From Agreia sp. (GTDB lineage: Bacteria; Actinomycetota; Actinomycetes; Actinomycetales; Microbacteriaceae), in the NCBI GenBank assembly GCA_044464485.1, contig JBIQLG010000008.1, positions 1,242 to 65,241 on the forward strand: 64,000 nt of DNA, read 5' to 3'. The position numbers and the translations under genes are program-made. Positions 1 through 9,526 of this stretch are shown one piece after another (position 1 is the stretch's first letter; each line of letters starts with the position of its first letter). Under the pieces are notes generated by a model. That model was not told the origin of the DNA, did not search any database, and was given only the letters and a program-made list of their open reading frames with translations.

Positions 1-1094
1 GCAAAAGCGACACCGAAGGAATAGATGAGCACTCCGGTTGCGGCAATGACTTGCAGTGTGAGTTGCATCGCGCTGCCGCCCAGCATGAGGCCCGTGTCTG
101 TCGCGAAAAACCCGAGGTAAACCGTGCCAAGAATGCCGCCCACCAGGTGAATGCCGACGACATCGAGTGAATCGTCGAACCCGAATCTGAACTTGAGCTC
201 CACCGCCAGCGCGCATACGACACCGGCGATAAGGCCCAGCAGCAGTCCCCAGCCTGGCGCAAGGTTCGCGCAGGCTGGCGTAATTGCAACGAGTCCGGCT
301 ACCGCGCCAGAGCACGCACCCACCAACGTCGCTCTGCCGGTCTTAAATTTCTCTACAATGAGCCAACCGCCGATCGACGCCGCAGTGGCTCCGAGCGTGT
401 TGACAGCAATGAGCCCAACGCCGCTGAGGGCATTGTGATACTCCGCGCCCGCGTTGAACCCAAACCAACCGAACCACAGGATCGCGGCACCCAGGGCTAC
501 CAGCGGCACGTTGTGCGGCTTATTCGCGTCGCGACCGAATCGGACCCGCTTTCCGAGGATGATCGCGAGGGCAAGCGCAGCAGCGCCGGCATTGATGTGC
601 ACAGCCGTGCCACCCGCATAATCGATCACGGAATAATCGACCCCGAGTGCCGTGCCCAGATGCATTATCCAACCACCGCCCCACACCCACGCGGCAACGG
701 GAAAGTAGACGAACGTCGCCCATGAACCCGCAAAGAGAAGCCACGCCCCGAACTTCGCCCTGTCGGCGATTGCCCCTGAGATGAGCGCAACCGCCACGAT
801 GGCGAACGTTGCCCCGAAGAGGGCGTGGACGAGCGTCGGGTTGTCCGCCGCACTCAGCGCGAAATCCGAAAACGGATTGCCGCTGAAGTCGGTGGGTCTG
901 ACGACGGACGACATGTTGAAGCCGTAGAGAATCCAGAGCACGCTGACGAGACCGAGGGCCCCGAAGCTCATCATCATCATGCTCACGACGCTTGTGGCCT
1001 TGACGAGCCCGCCATAGAAGAACGCGACACCGGGAGTCATGAACAGTACCAGTGCCGAGGCGGTAATCGCCCACGCCAATTCGTCAGTATCCAT
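1..1094 (-). CDS. amt: ammonium transporter (Amt family), 3' end cut by window edge
   Basis: Absent from the ORF track because it runs off the window. Reverse-strand translation from ATG at 1094 reads MDTDELAWAITASALVLFMTPGVAFFYGGLVKA... and stays open to position 1. Further on it contains ...GGTAVHINAG... and ...WFGFNAG..., typical Amt/AmtB helices. Confidence 0.9.
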   Translation of the reverse strand, partial: MDTDELAWAITASALVLFMTPGVAFFYGGLVKATSVVSMMMMSFGALGLVSVLWILYGFNMSSVVRPTDFSGNPFSDFALSAADNPTLVHALFGATFAIVAVALISGAIADRAKFGAWLLFAGSWATFVYFPVAAWVWGGGWIMHLGTALGVDYSVIDYAGGTAVHINAGAAALALAIILGKRVRFGRDANKPHNVPLVALGAAILWFGWFGFNAGAEYHNALSGVGLIAVNTLGATAASIGGWLIVEKFKTGRATLVGACSGAVAGLVAITPACANLAPGWGLLLGLIAGVVCALAVELKFRFGFDDSLDVVGIHLVGGILGTVYLGFFATDTGLMLGGSAMQLTLQVIAATGVLIYSFGVAF

Positions 1095-1169
1095 GTGCCG
1101 TCTTCCCTCACGTTTCAGAATGTGTGGGAAAGCATGCGCCGGCAACATTTCCGGCAGGATCGCGCGCTG

Positions 1170-1216
1170 GTTTCGGTTGTGTTACATGTCGCGGGGCAAC
1201 GTAAACATCGTGTTTC
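1170..1216 (-). promoter_or_regulatory. putative GlnR-type operator upstream of amt
   Basis: On the amt-sense strand: GAAAC(1216-1212)-n6-TTTAC(1205-1201), then 15 nt, then GTAAC(1185-1181)-n6-GAAAC(1174-1170). The second unit exactly matches the actinobacterial GlnR consensus gTnAc-n6-GaAAc. The site lies 76-122 nt upstream of the amt ATG. Confidence 0.4.
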
Positions 1217-1219
1217 GCG

Positions 1220-2506
1220 CTACGCGAAATATCGCAGCCAGATGTAGGGAAGACAGAGCGAAATGGTCACGAAGGTCACGAGCACGCCATATTTCGTGAA
1301 AGACCAGAACGAGATCGGATGCCCGGCCCTCTTGGCGATTCCCAGCACGACAACGTTTGCGCTCGCACCAATGGCGGTGAGGTTTCCACCCAAATCCGCA
1401 CCGAGCGCCAGTGCCCACCAGAGCGGATGCGCCGCGGCTCCTCCGGCCTGGACCAGGTCGCTGGTGAGCGGGGCGAGCGTCGCGACATAAGGGATGTTGT
1501 CGACGATTCCGGACACGATTGCGGAACCGAACAGCAGGCCGGACGCTGCTCCGAAATAGTTGTCGCCGATCGCGTCAATGGCAACTTTGCCCACTTGTTC
1601 GATGACTCCAAGGTTCACGAGCGAACCCACCATGATGAAGAGGCCGACAAAAAACAGCAGCGTTTCCCACTCCACGTCGGCGAATATCTTTCTCGGCTCG
1701 AGGCGGGTGATCAGAACGAGAAGCCCCGCGCCAAGCAACGCGATGATCGCGGGGCCAATGTCAACGACGGAGTGCAGAACGAAGCCGGTCAGTACCAGCG
1801 CGATGACAACGAGCGACTTCACGAGAAGCGGAATGTCGCGGATGGCTTCCCGTGGGTTCAACGCCATCACCCGATCCACCCGCTCAGGGTCGAATCGCAT
1901 TTGTTTGCGGAACAGCACCCAGCACAGTCCGATAAACACCACGAGCAGAATTGCGACGATCGGCGCGAGATTCACGATGAAATCATTGAAACTCAATCCG
2001 GCGCGGCTCGCGATAATGATGTTCGGTGGATCGCCGATCAGAGTCGCAGTACCCCCGATATTGCTTGCCATCACTTCGGCAATAAGAAATGGCGCTACCG
2101 GCACAGCGAGCCGATCACAGATCAGCAGCGTCACCGGCGCGATGAGAAGCACCGTCGTGACGTTGTCAAGGAAAGCCGACAGCACGGCCGTGATGACGAC
2201 GAGCATCACCATAATCACGAACGGTCGGCCCCGTGCTCGCTTCGCCGCCCAGATCGCCAAAAATTCGAAAACGCCACTTTGCTGCAAAATGCCGACGATG
2301 ATCATCATCCCGAGGAGCAAGAAGATGACGTTCCAGTCAATTCCCGTCTTCTCAGAAAAGAGCACACCATGATCGTCGGTGGCCCCGATGACGATCATGA
2401 GCCCGGCGCCCACGAGCGCCACCGTCATGCGCGAAACCCATTCGGTGGCAATGAAAACGTAGGCACCCGTGAAAATCACGAGTGCCAGAATTACCTGGAC
2501 CGTCAT
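1220..2506 (-). CDS. ArsB/NhaD-superfamily (citrate-transporter-like) permease
   Basis: 428-aa polytopic membrane ORF with ...LIGDPPNIIIA... and ...VDNIPYVATL... motifs typical of ArsB/NhaD/CitMHS-type anion permeases. ATG at 2506 overlaps the upstream CBS gene stop (ATGA). Confidence 0.75.
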   Translation of the reverse strand: MTVQVILALVIFTGAYVFIATEWVSRMTVALVGAGLMIVIGATDDHGVLFSEKTGIDWNVIFLLLGMMIIVGILQQSGVFEFLAIWAAKRARGRPFVIMVMLVVITAVLSAFLDNVTTVLLIAPVTLLICDRLAVPVAPFLIAEVMASNIGGTATLIGDPPNIIIASRAGLSFNDFIVNLAPIVAILLVVFIGLCWVLFRKQMRFDPERVDRVMALNPREAIRDIPLLVKSLVVIALVLTGFVLHSVVDIGPAIIALLGAGLLVLITRLEPRKIFADVEWETLLFFVGLFIMVGSLVNLGVIEQVGKVAIDAIGDNYFGAASGLLFGSAIVSGIVDNIPYVATLAPLTSDLVQAGGAAAHPLWWALALGADLGGNLTAIGASANVVVLGIAKRAGHPISFWSFTKYGVLVTFVTISLCLPYIWLRYFA

Positions 2507-2991
2507 CCGCGCGAATCCGGTTCTTCAGAGTTGAATCCCATGTGCAATACCGCGTCGAGCACGGCAGGGAGCGTGACAAACTTGCCCTCTACTGTGTCGG
2601 AACCCTTCACCGCGGCTACCAGAACACGCTCTCGTGCCATGTCTGCGGCAACCTTGAGCAGAGTGTCGTCGGATTCGACCTCCAGTATCTCGAGAACTTT
2701 CGATTGTTCGTCGTCGATCAGCTCACCGATTGTGCGTACCGTGACATCGCCCCAGACTTCATCCGCACCCTTTTCATCGAAGACCGCGGCAAGCGAAACG
2801 TCATCAAGCACGTAACTCGGCACCAGAGCCCTCAGCACATCAATTGCAGAGATCACCGCTTCGGGCTTGCCGTCGGCATCGGCAACGACGATGCTCGCCC
2901 TGCTGTCGCGTGCGATGATGTGCGCGGCCGCGAGAGCGCTCATACTTCGCTCCACAACCGGCAGACTGACGGCTATTTCAGAAATCTGCAT
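2503..2991 (-). CDS. CBS-domain protein
   Basis: 162-aa soluble ORF resembling tandem CBS-pair proteins. It is translationally coupled (4-nt ATGA overlap) to the downstream permease, a common CBS-plus-transporter pairing. Confidence 0.6.
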   Translation of the reverse strand: MQISEIAVSLPVVERSMSALAAAHIIARDSRASIVVADADGKPEAVISAIDVLRALVPSYVLDDVSLAAVFDEKGADEVWGDVTVRTIGELIDDEQSKVLEILEVESDDTLLKVAADMARERVLVAAVKGSDTVEGKFVTLPAVLDAVLHMGFNSEEPDSRG

Positions 2992-3116
2992 GAGCTGCCT
3001 TCCGTTCGACGGTCACCGATAAATGCATCACCACTGTGACGCTGTGCCGACCAGTCTTCCCGGCGCTCCACCCAGAGAATACACCCGGTGTCGTGCGTCA
3101 CTCCCCGCGGCGCACG

Positions 3117-4181
3117 TCAGTCGAGTTCACCGCTGGTGAGCGAAATCAAACGCGACGCCGCACGCAGATACTTTTTTCGGTATCCCCCTGCAAGCATGTC
3201 CTCTGCAAAGACCTGATCCAGTGGAATCCCCGTTGCAATTACTCTCACGCGCGCGTCATAGAGTCTGTCGACGAACGCCACGAAACGGAGGGCGTCGGTC
3301 TGGTTGTGAAGCACGTCAACGTTCATAAGGCCAACGCAGGCGAGTTCATCGACGAGTTTGACGTAGCGAGAAGGATGCACCGTCGAAAGGTGACGGATCA
3401 CGGCTTCCCACTCGTCGATCGCCACCGTGCCGTCTATCTCTTCGATTGCCTTGTCGAACTCGAGGCCGGAGACGCTCACTGCGTGGCCATCCAGCGCCCT
3501 GCGCCGATAGTCGAGGCCATCGATGCGAACAATGGTAAATCGTGCAGCCAGAGAGTCGATTTCGCGGAGAAAATCAACGGCGGCGAATCTGCCCTCCCCT
3601 AGCGCGTTGGGAGGGGTGTTGGAGGTTGCGGCAAGTCGAGTGCCGGAGGCGACGAGTTCGCTGAGGAGCCGTGACATGAGCCTCGTATCGCCGGGATCAT
3701 CGAGCTCGAATTCGTCGATGCAGACGAGCGTTGCGCCTTTCAATAAATTTACTGTCGCGGCGTAGCCGAGAGCTCCAACGAGAGCCGTGTACTCGATGAA
3801 GGTTCCGAAATACTTTCGGCCGGGGGCGCCGTGCCACAGCGCGGCCAGAAGGTGGGTTTTCCCGACGCCGAAACCGCCGTCGAAGTAAATTCCCGGCAGC
3901 GCGAGCGAGCCTTTGTGCCTGCCGAAGAATCGCGCCGTCGTCGTCTTCCACGCGCTTGTGAATTGCTCCGCCATGTCAAGGGCAGCTTGTTGGGAAGGGT
4001 ATTCCGGATCGGGCCGGTACGATTCCGTCGTCGCAAAGCGAAACTGTCTGGGCGGTATGAGATGTTCGACAATTTCTGTTCCCGACAGCGTCGGGTGCCG
4101 GGCGAGGAGACTTACGACCTGCCGGGACTCAACTTCGGGCACGTCGATCTCTCTCGGTTCAGGGAAATGGTGTTCAGCCAC
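3117..4181 (-). CDS. zapE: cell division protein ZapE / AFG1-family ATPase
   Basis: Walker A ...GGFGVGKTHLLAALW..., Walker B ...LVCIDEFELDD..., AFG1-like C-terminus. The ORF-track start (4283) abuts the divergent sseA ATG (4282), which is implausible. In-frame GTGs at 4181 and 4145 (the latter preceded by GAGAGAG) are better candidates. The start remains uncertain. Confidence 0.8.
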   Translation of the reverse strand: MAEHHFPEPREIDVPEVESRQVVSLLARHPTLSGTEIVEHLIPPRQFRFATTESYRPDPEYPSQQAALDMAEQFTSAWKTTTARFFGRHKGSLALPGIYFDGGFGVGKTHLLAALWHGAPGRKYFGTFIEYTALVGALGYAATVNLLKGATLVCIDEFELDDPGDTRLMSRLLSELVASGTRLAATSNTPPNALGEGRFAAVDFLREIDSLAARFTIVRIDGLDYRRRALDGHAVSVSGLEFDKAIEEIDGTVAIDEWEAVIRHLSTVHPSRYVKLVDELACVGLMNVDVLHNQTDALRFVAFVDRLYDARVRVIATGIPLDQVFAEDMLAGGYRKKYLRAASRLISLTSGELD

Positions 4182-4281
4182 GTGTTTGTGCGTACATTGG
4201 TAGTGGCAGGGAGTTAAAAGCCTAACGCGTTCGCTGGCATCCTCGATGCCTCTCACTCCCGCAGAGACCTGGAGGTAGTGC

Positions 4282-5187
4282 ATGACCGTGGCTGTTGATC
4301 CGGATCCTCGATTCGCCGACTACGCGAGCCCCGAAAGGCTCGTCAGCACGGAATGGCTCAGCGCAAACCTTGGCGCCCCTGGTCTTGTGGTGGTGGAGTC
4401 CAACGAAGATGTGCTTCTGTACAACACGGGTCACATCCCGGGCGCCGTCAAACTCGACTGGCACACGGAGCTCAATGATCAGGTCGAGCGCGATTTCATC
4501 GGTCCGGAACAGTTCGCGATCCTCGCCGGGTCCAAGGGGATCGCGCGGGAGTCCACCGTGGTTTTCTACGGTGACAAGAGCAACTGGTGGGCAACCTATG
4601 CGATGTGGGTGTTCACCTTGTTTGGCCACGAAGATGCGCGAATCCTCGATGGTGGGCGCGCAAAGTGGATCGCAGAAGGCAGAGAACTCACGCGAGTGCT
4701 TCCTGACGTCGAAGTCGTGGAATACCCCGTAGTTAAACGCGACGATCAGACCGATCGCGCGTTTCGCGAGGATGTCTTCTCACACTTCGGCAATCCCCTC
4801 ATCGACGTGCGTTCGCCAGAGGAATACACCGGCGAGCGGACAGAAATTCCCGGTTACCCATCGGAAAGCTCGCTGCGTGGTGGACATATTCCTACTGCAG
4901 CATCAGTACCCTGGGCGAGGGCCGCCGCAGACGATTCGACTTTCAGGGACCGCAAGGAACTCGAAGCCATCTACCTGGACGATGCGGGACTCGCGGGCGG
5001 TGACGACGTCATCACCTACTGTCGAATCGGCGAACGATCCAGTCACAGCTGGTTCGTTCTCAAATATCTTCTCGGATTCGAGAACGTGCGCAATTACGAC
5101 GGTTCCTGGACCGAATGGGGCAGTTCGGTGAGGGCCCCCATCGTGCGCGGCACCGAGCGAGGCAGCGTTCCCGCCAGCGGCGCGTGA
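4282..5187 (+). CDS. sseA: thiosulfate/3-mercaptopyruvate sulfurtransferase (tandem rhodanese)
   Basis: Two rhodanese domains, active-site loop ...[10 protein letters not shown].... SD GGAGG at 4271-4275, 6 nt before the ATG. Confidence 0.9.
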   Translation: MTVAVDPDPRFADYASPERLVSTEWLSANLGAPGLVVVESNEDVLLYNTGHIPGAVKLDWHTELNDQVERDFIGPEQFAILAGSKGIARESTVVFYGDKSNWWATYAMWVFTLFGHEDARILDGGRAKWIAEGRELTRVLPDVEVVEYPVVKRDDQTDRAFREDVFSHFGNPLIDVRSPEEYTGERTEIPGYPSESSLRGGHIPTAASVPWARAAADDSTFRDRKELEAIYLDDAGLAGGDDVITYCRIGERSSHSWFVLKYLLGFENVRNYDGSWTEWGSSVRAPIVRGTERGSVPASGA

Positions 5188-5244
5188 GCCGCCGTCTCAG
5201 TCGCCTGCGTGCCCTGCACTCGATCGTGAAACAATGGAGCGGAC

Positions 5245-5682
5245 ATGTCTGAAGTCACTGTTCCGCCCGCGCTTGCCAGAATCCGCGACGACTTCCTCGA
5301 GTTGGATGTCGCGGATCGTCTGACTCTGCTTCTGGAATTTTCCGACGAGCTTCCGCAATTGCCCGACAAGTATCAGAATCACCCCGATCTCTTTGAACGC
5401 GTCATCGAGTGCCAGTCCCCCGTCTTCATCTTCGTGGAGATCGACGGCGGCAAAGTGCATTTGCACGCCACAGCGCCCGCCGAAGCTCCCACGACGCGCG
5501 GTTTCGCGTCGATACTCGTGCAGGGCATTGACGGACTCGATGCCCAGGCCGTGCTGGAAATTCCCGACGAATACCCGTTGACGCTGGGGCTCACCGAAGC
5601 CGTGAGCCCGCTCCGAATTCGCGGCATGACTGCTCTTCTCGGGCGAACGAAAACGCAGGTCCGTGTGAAACAATCGTCATGA
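5245..5682 (+). CDS. SufE-like sulfur acceptor protein
   Basis: 145 aa. ...ECQSPVFIF... matches the SufE active-site region (GCQSxVW). Sits directly downstream of the rhodanese gene, as in other actinobacteria. Confidence 0.75.
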   Translation: MSEVTVPPALARIRDDFLELDVADRLTLLLEFSDELPQLPDKYQNHPDLFERVIECQSPVFIFVEIDGGKVHLHATAPAEAPTTRGFASILVQGIDGLDAQAVLEIPDEYPLTLGLTEAVSPLRIRGMTALLGRTKTQVRVKQSS

Positions 5683-6380
5683 TATTAAAGCGACTCCTCC
5701 CCGAACCCTTGCAGAACGTGGGACTGGACAACGGTTCGGCCGAGGACCTCTCCCTGCTGTATGCCGTCCCTCAGCGAGAATGGCTGAGACTGAACTTCAT
5801 CGCTAGTGTCAATGGCAATGTTGTGGGAGACGATGGCACATCGCAGGGACTTACGAATGCCGTCGACCGAAAAATACTCGGCACCATCCGCCGACTGGCC
5901 GACATCGTTCTTGTCGGCGCAAACAGCGTGAGGAAGGAGGGCTATTTCATGCCCAAAACCAGTCCTCTCGCCATCGTCACGGGATCGGGAAATCTCAGCG
6001 GGCACAGCATCCCGGCACACGTGAAGGCGCAGCAACTTCTCGTGCTGTGTCCGCCGGAAGCGGCAGCCGAGGTTAATCGCACTCTCGACGGGCGATCCGC
6101 GACAATTATTCATGTCGCCGGGCCGCGGATGAACCCTCGCGCCATGGTTCACGCGCTGAGGGCACGCGGCTATGCGCATATCGTGTGCGAGGGTGGCCCG
6201 TCCCTGGCCGCGCAGCTCATCGATGCACGTGAGGTCAAGGAGCTATGCCTTTCGATGAGCCCGGTCGTGAACGCAACTCAGGCACCGTTGCTGCCCGGGC
6301 TTGCCCGCAACGCACCGCTGACTCTGAATCAACTGCTCGTCGACGGCGGCGGCACGCTCTATTCGCGCTGGATTCTATGA
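5679..6380 (+). CDS. RibD C-terminal-domain / dihydrofolate-reductase-like family protein
   Basis: 233 aa. ...NFIASVNG...G.S..L....DR.....R...D.VLVGA.S... and ...IVCEGGPSLAAQL... resemble the pyrimidine-reductase (RibD_C) fold. ATGA overlap with the SufE-like gene. Confidence 0.55.
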   Translation: MILKRLLPEPLQNVGLDNGSAEDLSLLYAVPQREWLRLNFIASVNGNVVGDDGTSQGLTNAVDRKILGTIRRLADIVLVGANSVRKEGYFMPKTSPLAIVTGSGNLSGHSIPAHVKAQQLLVLCPPEAAAEVNRTLDGRSATIIHVAGPRMNPRAMVHALRARGYAHIVCEGGPSLAAQLIDAREVKELCLSMSPVVNATQAPLLPGLARNAPLTLNQLLVDGGGTLYSRWIL

Positions 6381-7622
6381 TTCCCGTTCTGTCAACCACC
6401 TTCGAATGGCCGAATTCCATCGTTCGGGATCGTAATTCCACAGTTTGGTGTGCCGAGCGGTGTTAAACGACTCGAGCGTGACAATGTCGGGTCGAGCTGC
6501 GGCCAGGGCCCGCGACGCCGCCGAAGGTACATAACCGTCGTCGTCGCTGTGCAGGATGAGAATGGGGAGTGAAAGTTCGTTTGCACGAGCGACAAAATCC
6601 AGGCGCCTGAAATCAATGGGCTTCTGAAGCCCGGTGAATCGTCGACCCCAATTCGAACCGATCATGGCGTAGACCAACGAACGCAGGGGGGCGATGAGCC
6701 CCATCGATCTGCCCTGAAAGTCGAGGGCATTGACCCAGTCAACCACCGGCGAATCCAGAACCACGCCGGTAACGAGAGAAGCCAGGTGTGAGCGCGAAAC
6801 CGTCTGCAGAACCGTCGCGCCTCCCATTGACCACCCCATGAGCACAACGGATGTCGCGCCGTTCCGCCGAGCGTACTCGATTGCTGCTTCGACATCCCGC
6901 CATTCCGTGTCTCCGAGGGAGTAGCGCCCATCAACGCTCGACGGCGCTTCGCCATCATTTCGATAGGAGATGAGCAATGAGGTATATCCCGCCTCGCGAA
7001 AAACCGGGATGGCCCGCAGTGTTTCCGCGCGCACGACGGCACGCCCGTGCACAAGGATCGCCCACGGTCGGTGCGTGTCAGACTCACTGCGCTCCACTCC
7101 CGCGCGCGGTTGAGCGCGAACCAGCCATGCGGGGGCAGGTCCGAGCTCAGTGTCAACTTCCACGTTTTCGTACTCGACATCAAGATCACGGGGATTGAGG
7201 TAAAACCAGCCGTTGAACCGACCCTTCGTCGCCGTCGTCAACTCGCCGAAATCCACGCCGAGTAGCTCGCGTGTAACGGTGTCCGCCTCGAGTGAAATGA
7301 CCCTTCCTACCCGCGCGTGCCCTCGCGCCGCGTCAAACCAGAAGCTGAGCCTCCCGTCCACGACCGCGTCTGCTGACCGTCCAAAACTGATGGTGCCGAT
7401 ACGGCCGTCGAACCCGACAACCGACGTATCTTCTTCGCGAGACGTGGTGGGCACCAGTATTTTTCGCGCAGCAAATATGGCGAGGCCGAAAGATGTGACA
7501 ACGGAAATCGCGGCACCCCCGACAAGTGCTGTGAGGATCCATCGCACTGTCGTTGCGCCGCCACGACGCACGCGCGCGTGCTTGACTCTGCGGCCAACGG
7601 CGTGCCTCCGCGATTCTCTCAC
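6375..7622 (-). CDS. alpha/beta hydrolase with N-terminal membrane anchor
   Basis: Nucleophile elbow ...LMGWSMGGAT..., late ...LHSDDDGYVP... and ...ARHTKLW... (Ser-Asp-His arrangement), one N-terminal TM helix. GTG start at 7622 is uncertain; an in-frame GTG also lies at 7571. Confidence 0.7.
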   Translation of the reverse strand: MRESRRHAVGRRVKHARVRRGGATTVRWILTALVGGAAISVVTSFGLAIFAARKILVPTTSREEDTSVVGFDGRIGTISFGRSADAVVDGRLSFWFDAARGHARVGRVISLEADTVTRELLGVDFGELTTATKGRFNGWFYLNPRDLDVEYENVEVDTELGPAPAWLVRAQPRAGVERSESDTHRPWAILVHGRAVVRAETLRAIPVFREAGYTSLLISYRNDGEAPSSVDGRYSLGDTEWRDVEAAIEYARRNGATSVVLMGWSMGGATVLQTVSRSHLASLVTGVVLDSPVVDWVNALDFQGRSMGLIAPLRSLVYAMIGSNWGRRFTGLQKPIDFRRLDFVARANELSLPILILHSDDDGYVPSAASRALAAARPDIVTLESFNTARHTKLWNYDPERWNSAIRRWLTERES

Positions 7623-7632
7623 CCTCGAACTT

Positions 7633-7638
7633 TAGTCT
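7633..7638 (+). promoter_or_regulatory. candidate -10 box (TAGTCT), leaderless-type, for the DUF3000 gene
   Basis: TAGTCT fits TANNNT and lies exactly 6 nt upstream of the GTG at 7645. Confidence 0.3.
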
Positions 7639-7644
7639 TCAAAC

Positions 7645-8238
7645 GTGGCCGACAACGCAACGATCGACGCGCATTCCGCAGCGTTCGCCGCTGCCGTCGA
7701 TTCCTTGCGCTCCGCGACCATCCGGCGGGAACTTCAGGTCAGCGACATAGCGGCACCGGTAAATCTCGCGCCGTACTCGCTCGCTCTCGCGGCAGATCTG
7801 GTTCCGGCCAGGCACAGCGAGGATTCTGACGGCGCCAGCGGACGATTCGTCATCCTGTACGATCCCTCGGCGCCGGATGCCTGGGGCGGCACGTTTCGAG
7901 TCGTGTGTTATGCGCAGGCGCCCCTGGAAACCGACATTGGCGTTGATCCGTTCCTTGCCGCGGTCGCGTGGTCGTGGCTCATCGATGCTCTCGACACTCG
8001 AGGAGCTGCATACTCTGCAGCCTCGGGAACGGCAACCAAAATCCTCTCTACCGGCTTTGGCGGACTGGCAGAACAAGGCGATGGCGCGCAGTTGGAAATT
8101 CGAGCCAGCTGGACGCCTTCAAACGGCGACATCGGTGCGCACGTTGAAGGCTGGGGAGACCTCATTTGCATGCTCGCGGGGCTGCCACCCACGCCGGACG
8201 GCGTGACTCTCCTCAATGCGAGGCGCGCAAGCACGTGA
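7645..8238 (+). CDS. DUF3000-like conserved actinobacterial protein
   Basis: 197 aa. Its position immediately upstream of, and overlapping, the RNase D-like HRDC gene is the usual DUF3000 context. Assigned from memory of the family, not from a search. Confidence 0.55.
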   Translation: MADNATIDAHSAAFAAAVDSLRSATIRRELQVSDIAAPVNLAPYSLALAADLVPARHSEDSDGASGRFVILYDPSAPDAWGGTFRVVCYAQAPLETDIGVDPFLAAVAWSWLIDALDTRGAAYSAASGTATKILSTGFGGLAEQGDGAQLEIRASWTPSNGDIGAHVEGWGDLICMLAGLPPTPDGVTLLNARRAST

Positions 8239-9452
8239 CGAACGCGCAGCCACCTCACGATCCTGTCGTCGTCATTGAGACTCGCCGCGCCTACCGTGAA
8301 GCGGTGAAGAGGATTTCCGATGGCGAAGGCCCCATCGCCATCGACGCCGAGCGAGCCTCCGGCTACCGATATTCCCAGCGCGCCTATCTCATTCAAATAT
8401 TCCGCCGCGGATCCGGCAGTTTTCTCTTCGACCCACCCGCGATTGGCGAGTTCGACGAATTGCAGGAGGCGATAGGTTCGAGCGAATGGGTTCTTCACGC
8501 CGCGAGTCAGGATTTGGCGTGTCTTCGGGAAGTGGGCCTGGACCCTGAGTCAATTTTCGATACCGAACTTGGTGCCAGACTCGCGGGTATTCCACGGGTG
8601 GGCCTCGGCTCCGTCGTGGAGGAGCTCCTCGGAATTCATCTCGCGAAGGAACATTCGGCCGCCGACTGGTCCACCCGGCCGCTCCCCCAATCGTGGCTTG
8701 TCTACGCAGCACTCGACGTCGAACTTCTCGTAGACCTGCGCGATGCCGTCGCTGAGATTCTCGCCAACGACAACAAGATGGAGATTGCCCGCCAGGAGTT
8801 TGCCGCGACTCTTGCCAAGCCCCCCAAGCCAACCAATCCTGAGGCGTGGCGCAGGCTTTCTGGCCTCAGTTCTCTGCGAGATCCACGGGCGCTTGCTGTG
8901 GCGCGAGAGCTATGGCGGGCACGAGATGATTTGGCGCGCGAAACCGATACTGCCCCCGGCAGGCTCCTGCCCGACGTTTCCATCGTGGCGGCCGCGCGTA
9001 CGCTTCCCGCCACACAAAAAGATCTCGCCGCGTTGAAGGATTTCAACGGCCGTGCCAGCAGAAGCGAGCTGCCGCGCTGGTGGGCAGCGATCGAAGCCGG
9101 AAGCAGCACGGACAAATTACCCCCTGTGCGGGTCCAGAACGACTCGATACCTCCGGTTCGAGCGTGGTCGGATCGAAAGCCTGACGCTGACCGCCGAATC
9201 AAATTGGCGCGCGCCGCCCTGTCCGAGGTATCGGATGAGAGAAAGATACCGTTGGAAAATTTGCTGACACCCGAGTTGCTTCGCCAGCTTGCCTGGGAGC
9301 CTCCATCGGAGGTCACCGTGGAGGAAATCAGCGCGAGGCTTCGTGAGTTGGGCGCACGGCCATGGCAGCGTGATGCCGTTGCGCACGTCGTTACCAAAGC
9401 CTTTGTCGAGGCAAGCCAAACCGATGCCGAGCCCGAAGGTTCCGCCTCGTAG
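8235..9452 (+). CDS. rnd: ribonuclease D-like 3'-5' exonuclease with HRDC domain
   Basis: DEDDy motifs ...IAIDAERAS..., ...HAASQDL..., ...YAALDVE.... HRDC-like region ...RDPRALAVARELWRARDDLARE.... Likely start is the GTG at 8235, overlapping the upstream TGA (GTGA). The ORF-track start at 8166 lies inside the DUF3000 gene. Confidence 0.8.
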   Translation: MTNAQPPHDPVVVIETRRAYREAVKRISDGEGPIAIDAERASGYRYSQRAYLIQIFRRGSGSFLFDPPAIGEFDELQEAIGSSEWVLHAASQDLACLREVGLDPESIFDTELGARLAGIPRVGLGSVVEELLGIHLAKEHSAADWSTRPLPQSWLVYAALDVELLVDLRDAVAEILANDNKMEIARQEFAATLAKPPKPTNPEAWRRLSGLSSLRDPRALAVARELWRARDDLARETDTAPGRLLPDVSIVAAARTLPATQKDLAALKDFNGRASRSELPRWWAAIEAGSSTDKLPPVRVQNDSIPPVRAWSDRKPDADRRIKLARAALSEVSDERKIPLENLLTPELLRQLAWEPPSEVTVEEISARLRELGARPWQRDAVAHVVTKAFVEASQTDAEPEGSAS

Positions 9453-9487
9453 GAACTGTCAAAGGATTCTCTCGTCCATTTGGCCCC

Positions 9488-9515
9488 GCCTAGTATCGAA
9501 GTGTTGGCACTAGGC
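9488..9515. promoter_or_regulatory. inverted repeat overlapping a -10-like TAGTAT upstream of fadA-fadB
   Basis: GCCTAGT(9488-9494)-n14-ACTAGGC(9509-9515). TAGTAT at 9491-9496, SD GGGAG at 9517-9521, fadA ATG at 9527. Confidence 0.3.
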
Positions 9516-9526
9516 AGGGAGTCGTC

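Noticed and set aside
1319-2815. 498-aa plus-strand ORF (and the 270-aa ORF at 1560-2372) overlapping the permease and CBS genes
   Set aside because: These are shadow ORFs antisense to a well-supported membrane-protein gene. The translation is Arg/His/Asp-rich nonsense (..RDDDEHHHNHERS..) with no recognisable motifs. Such ORFs are typical in high-GC DNA with few stop codons.
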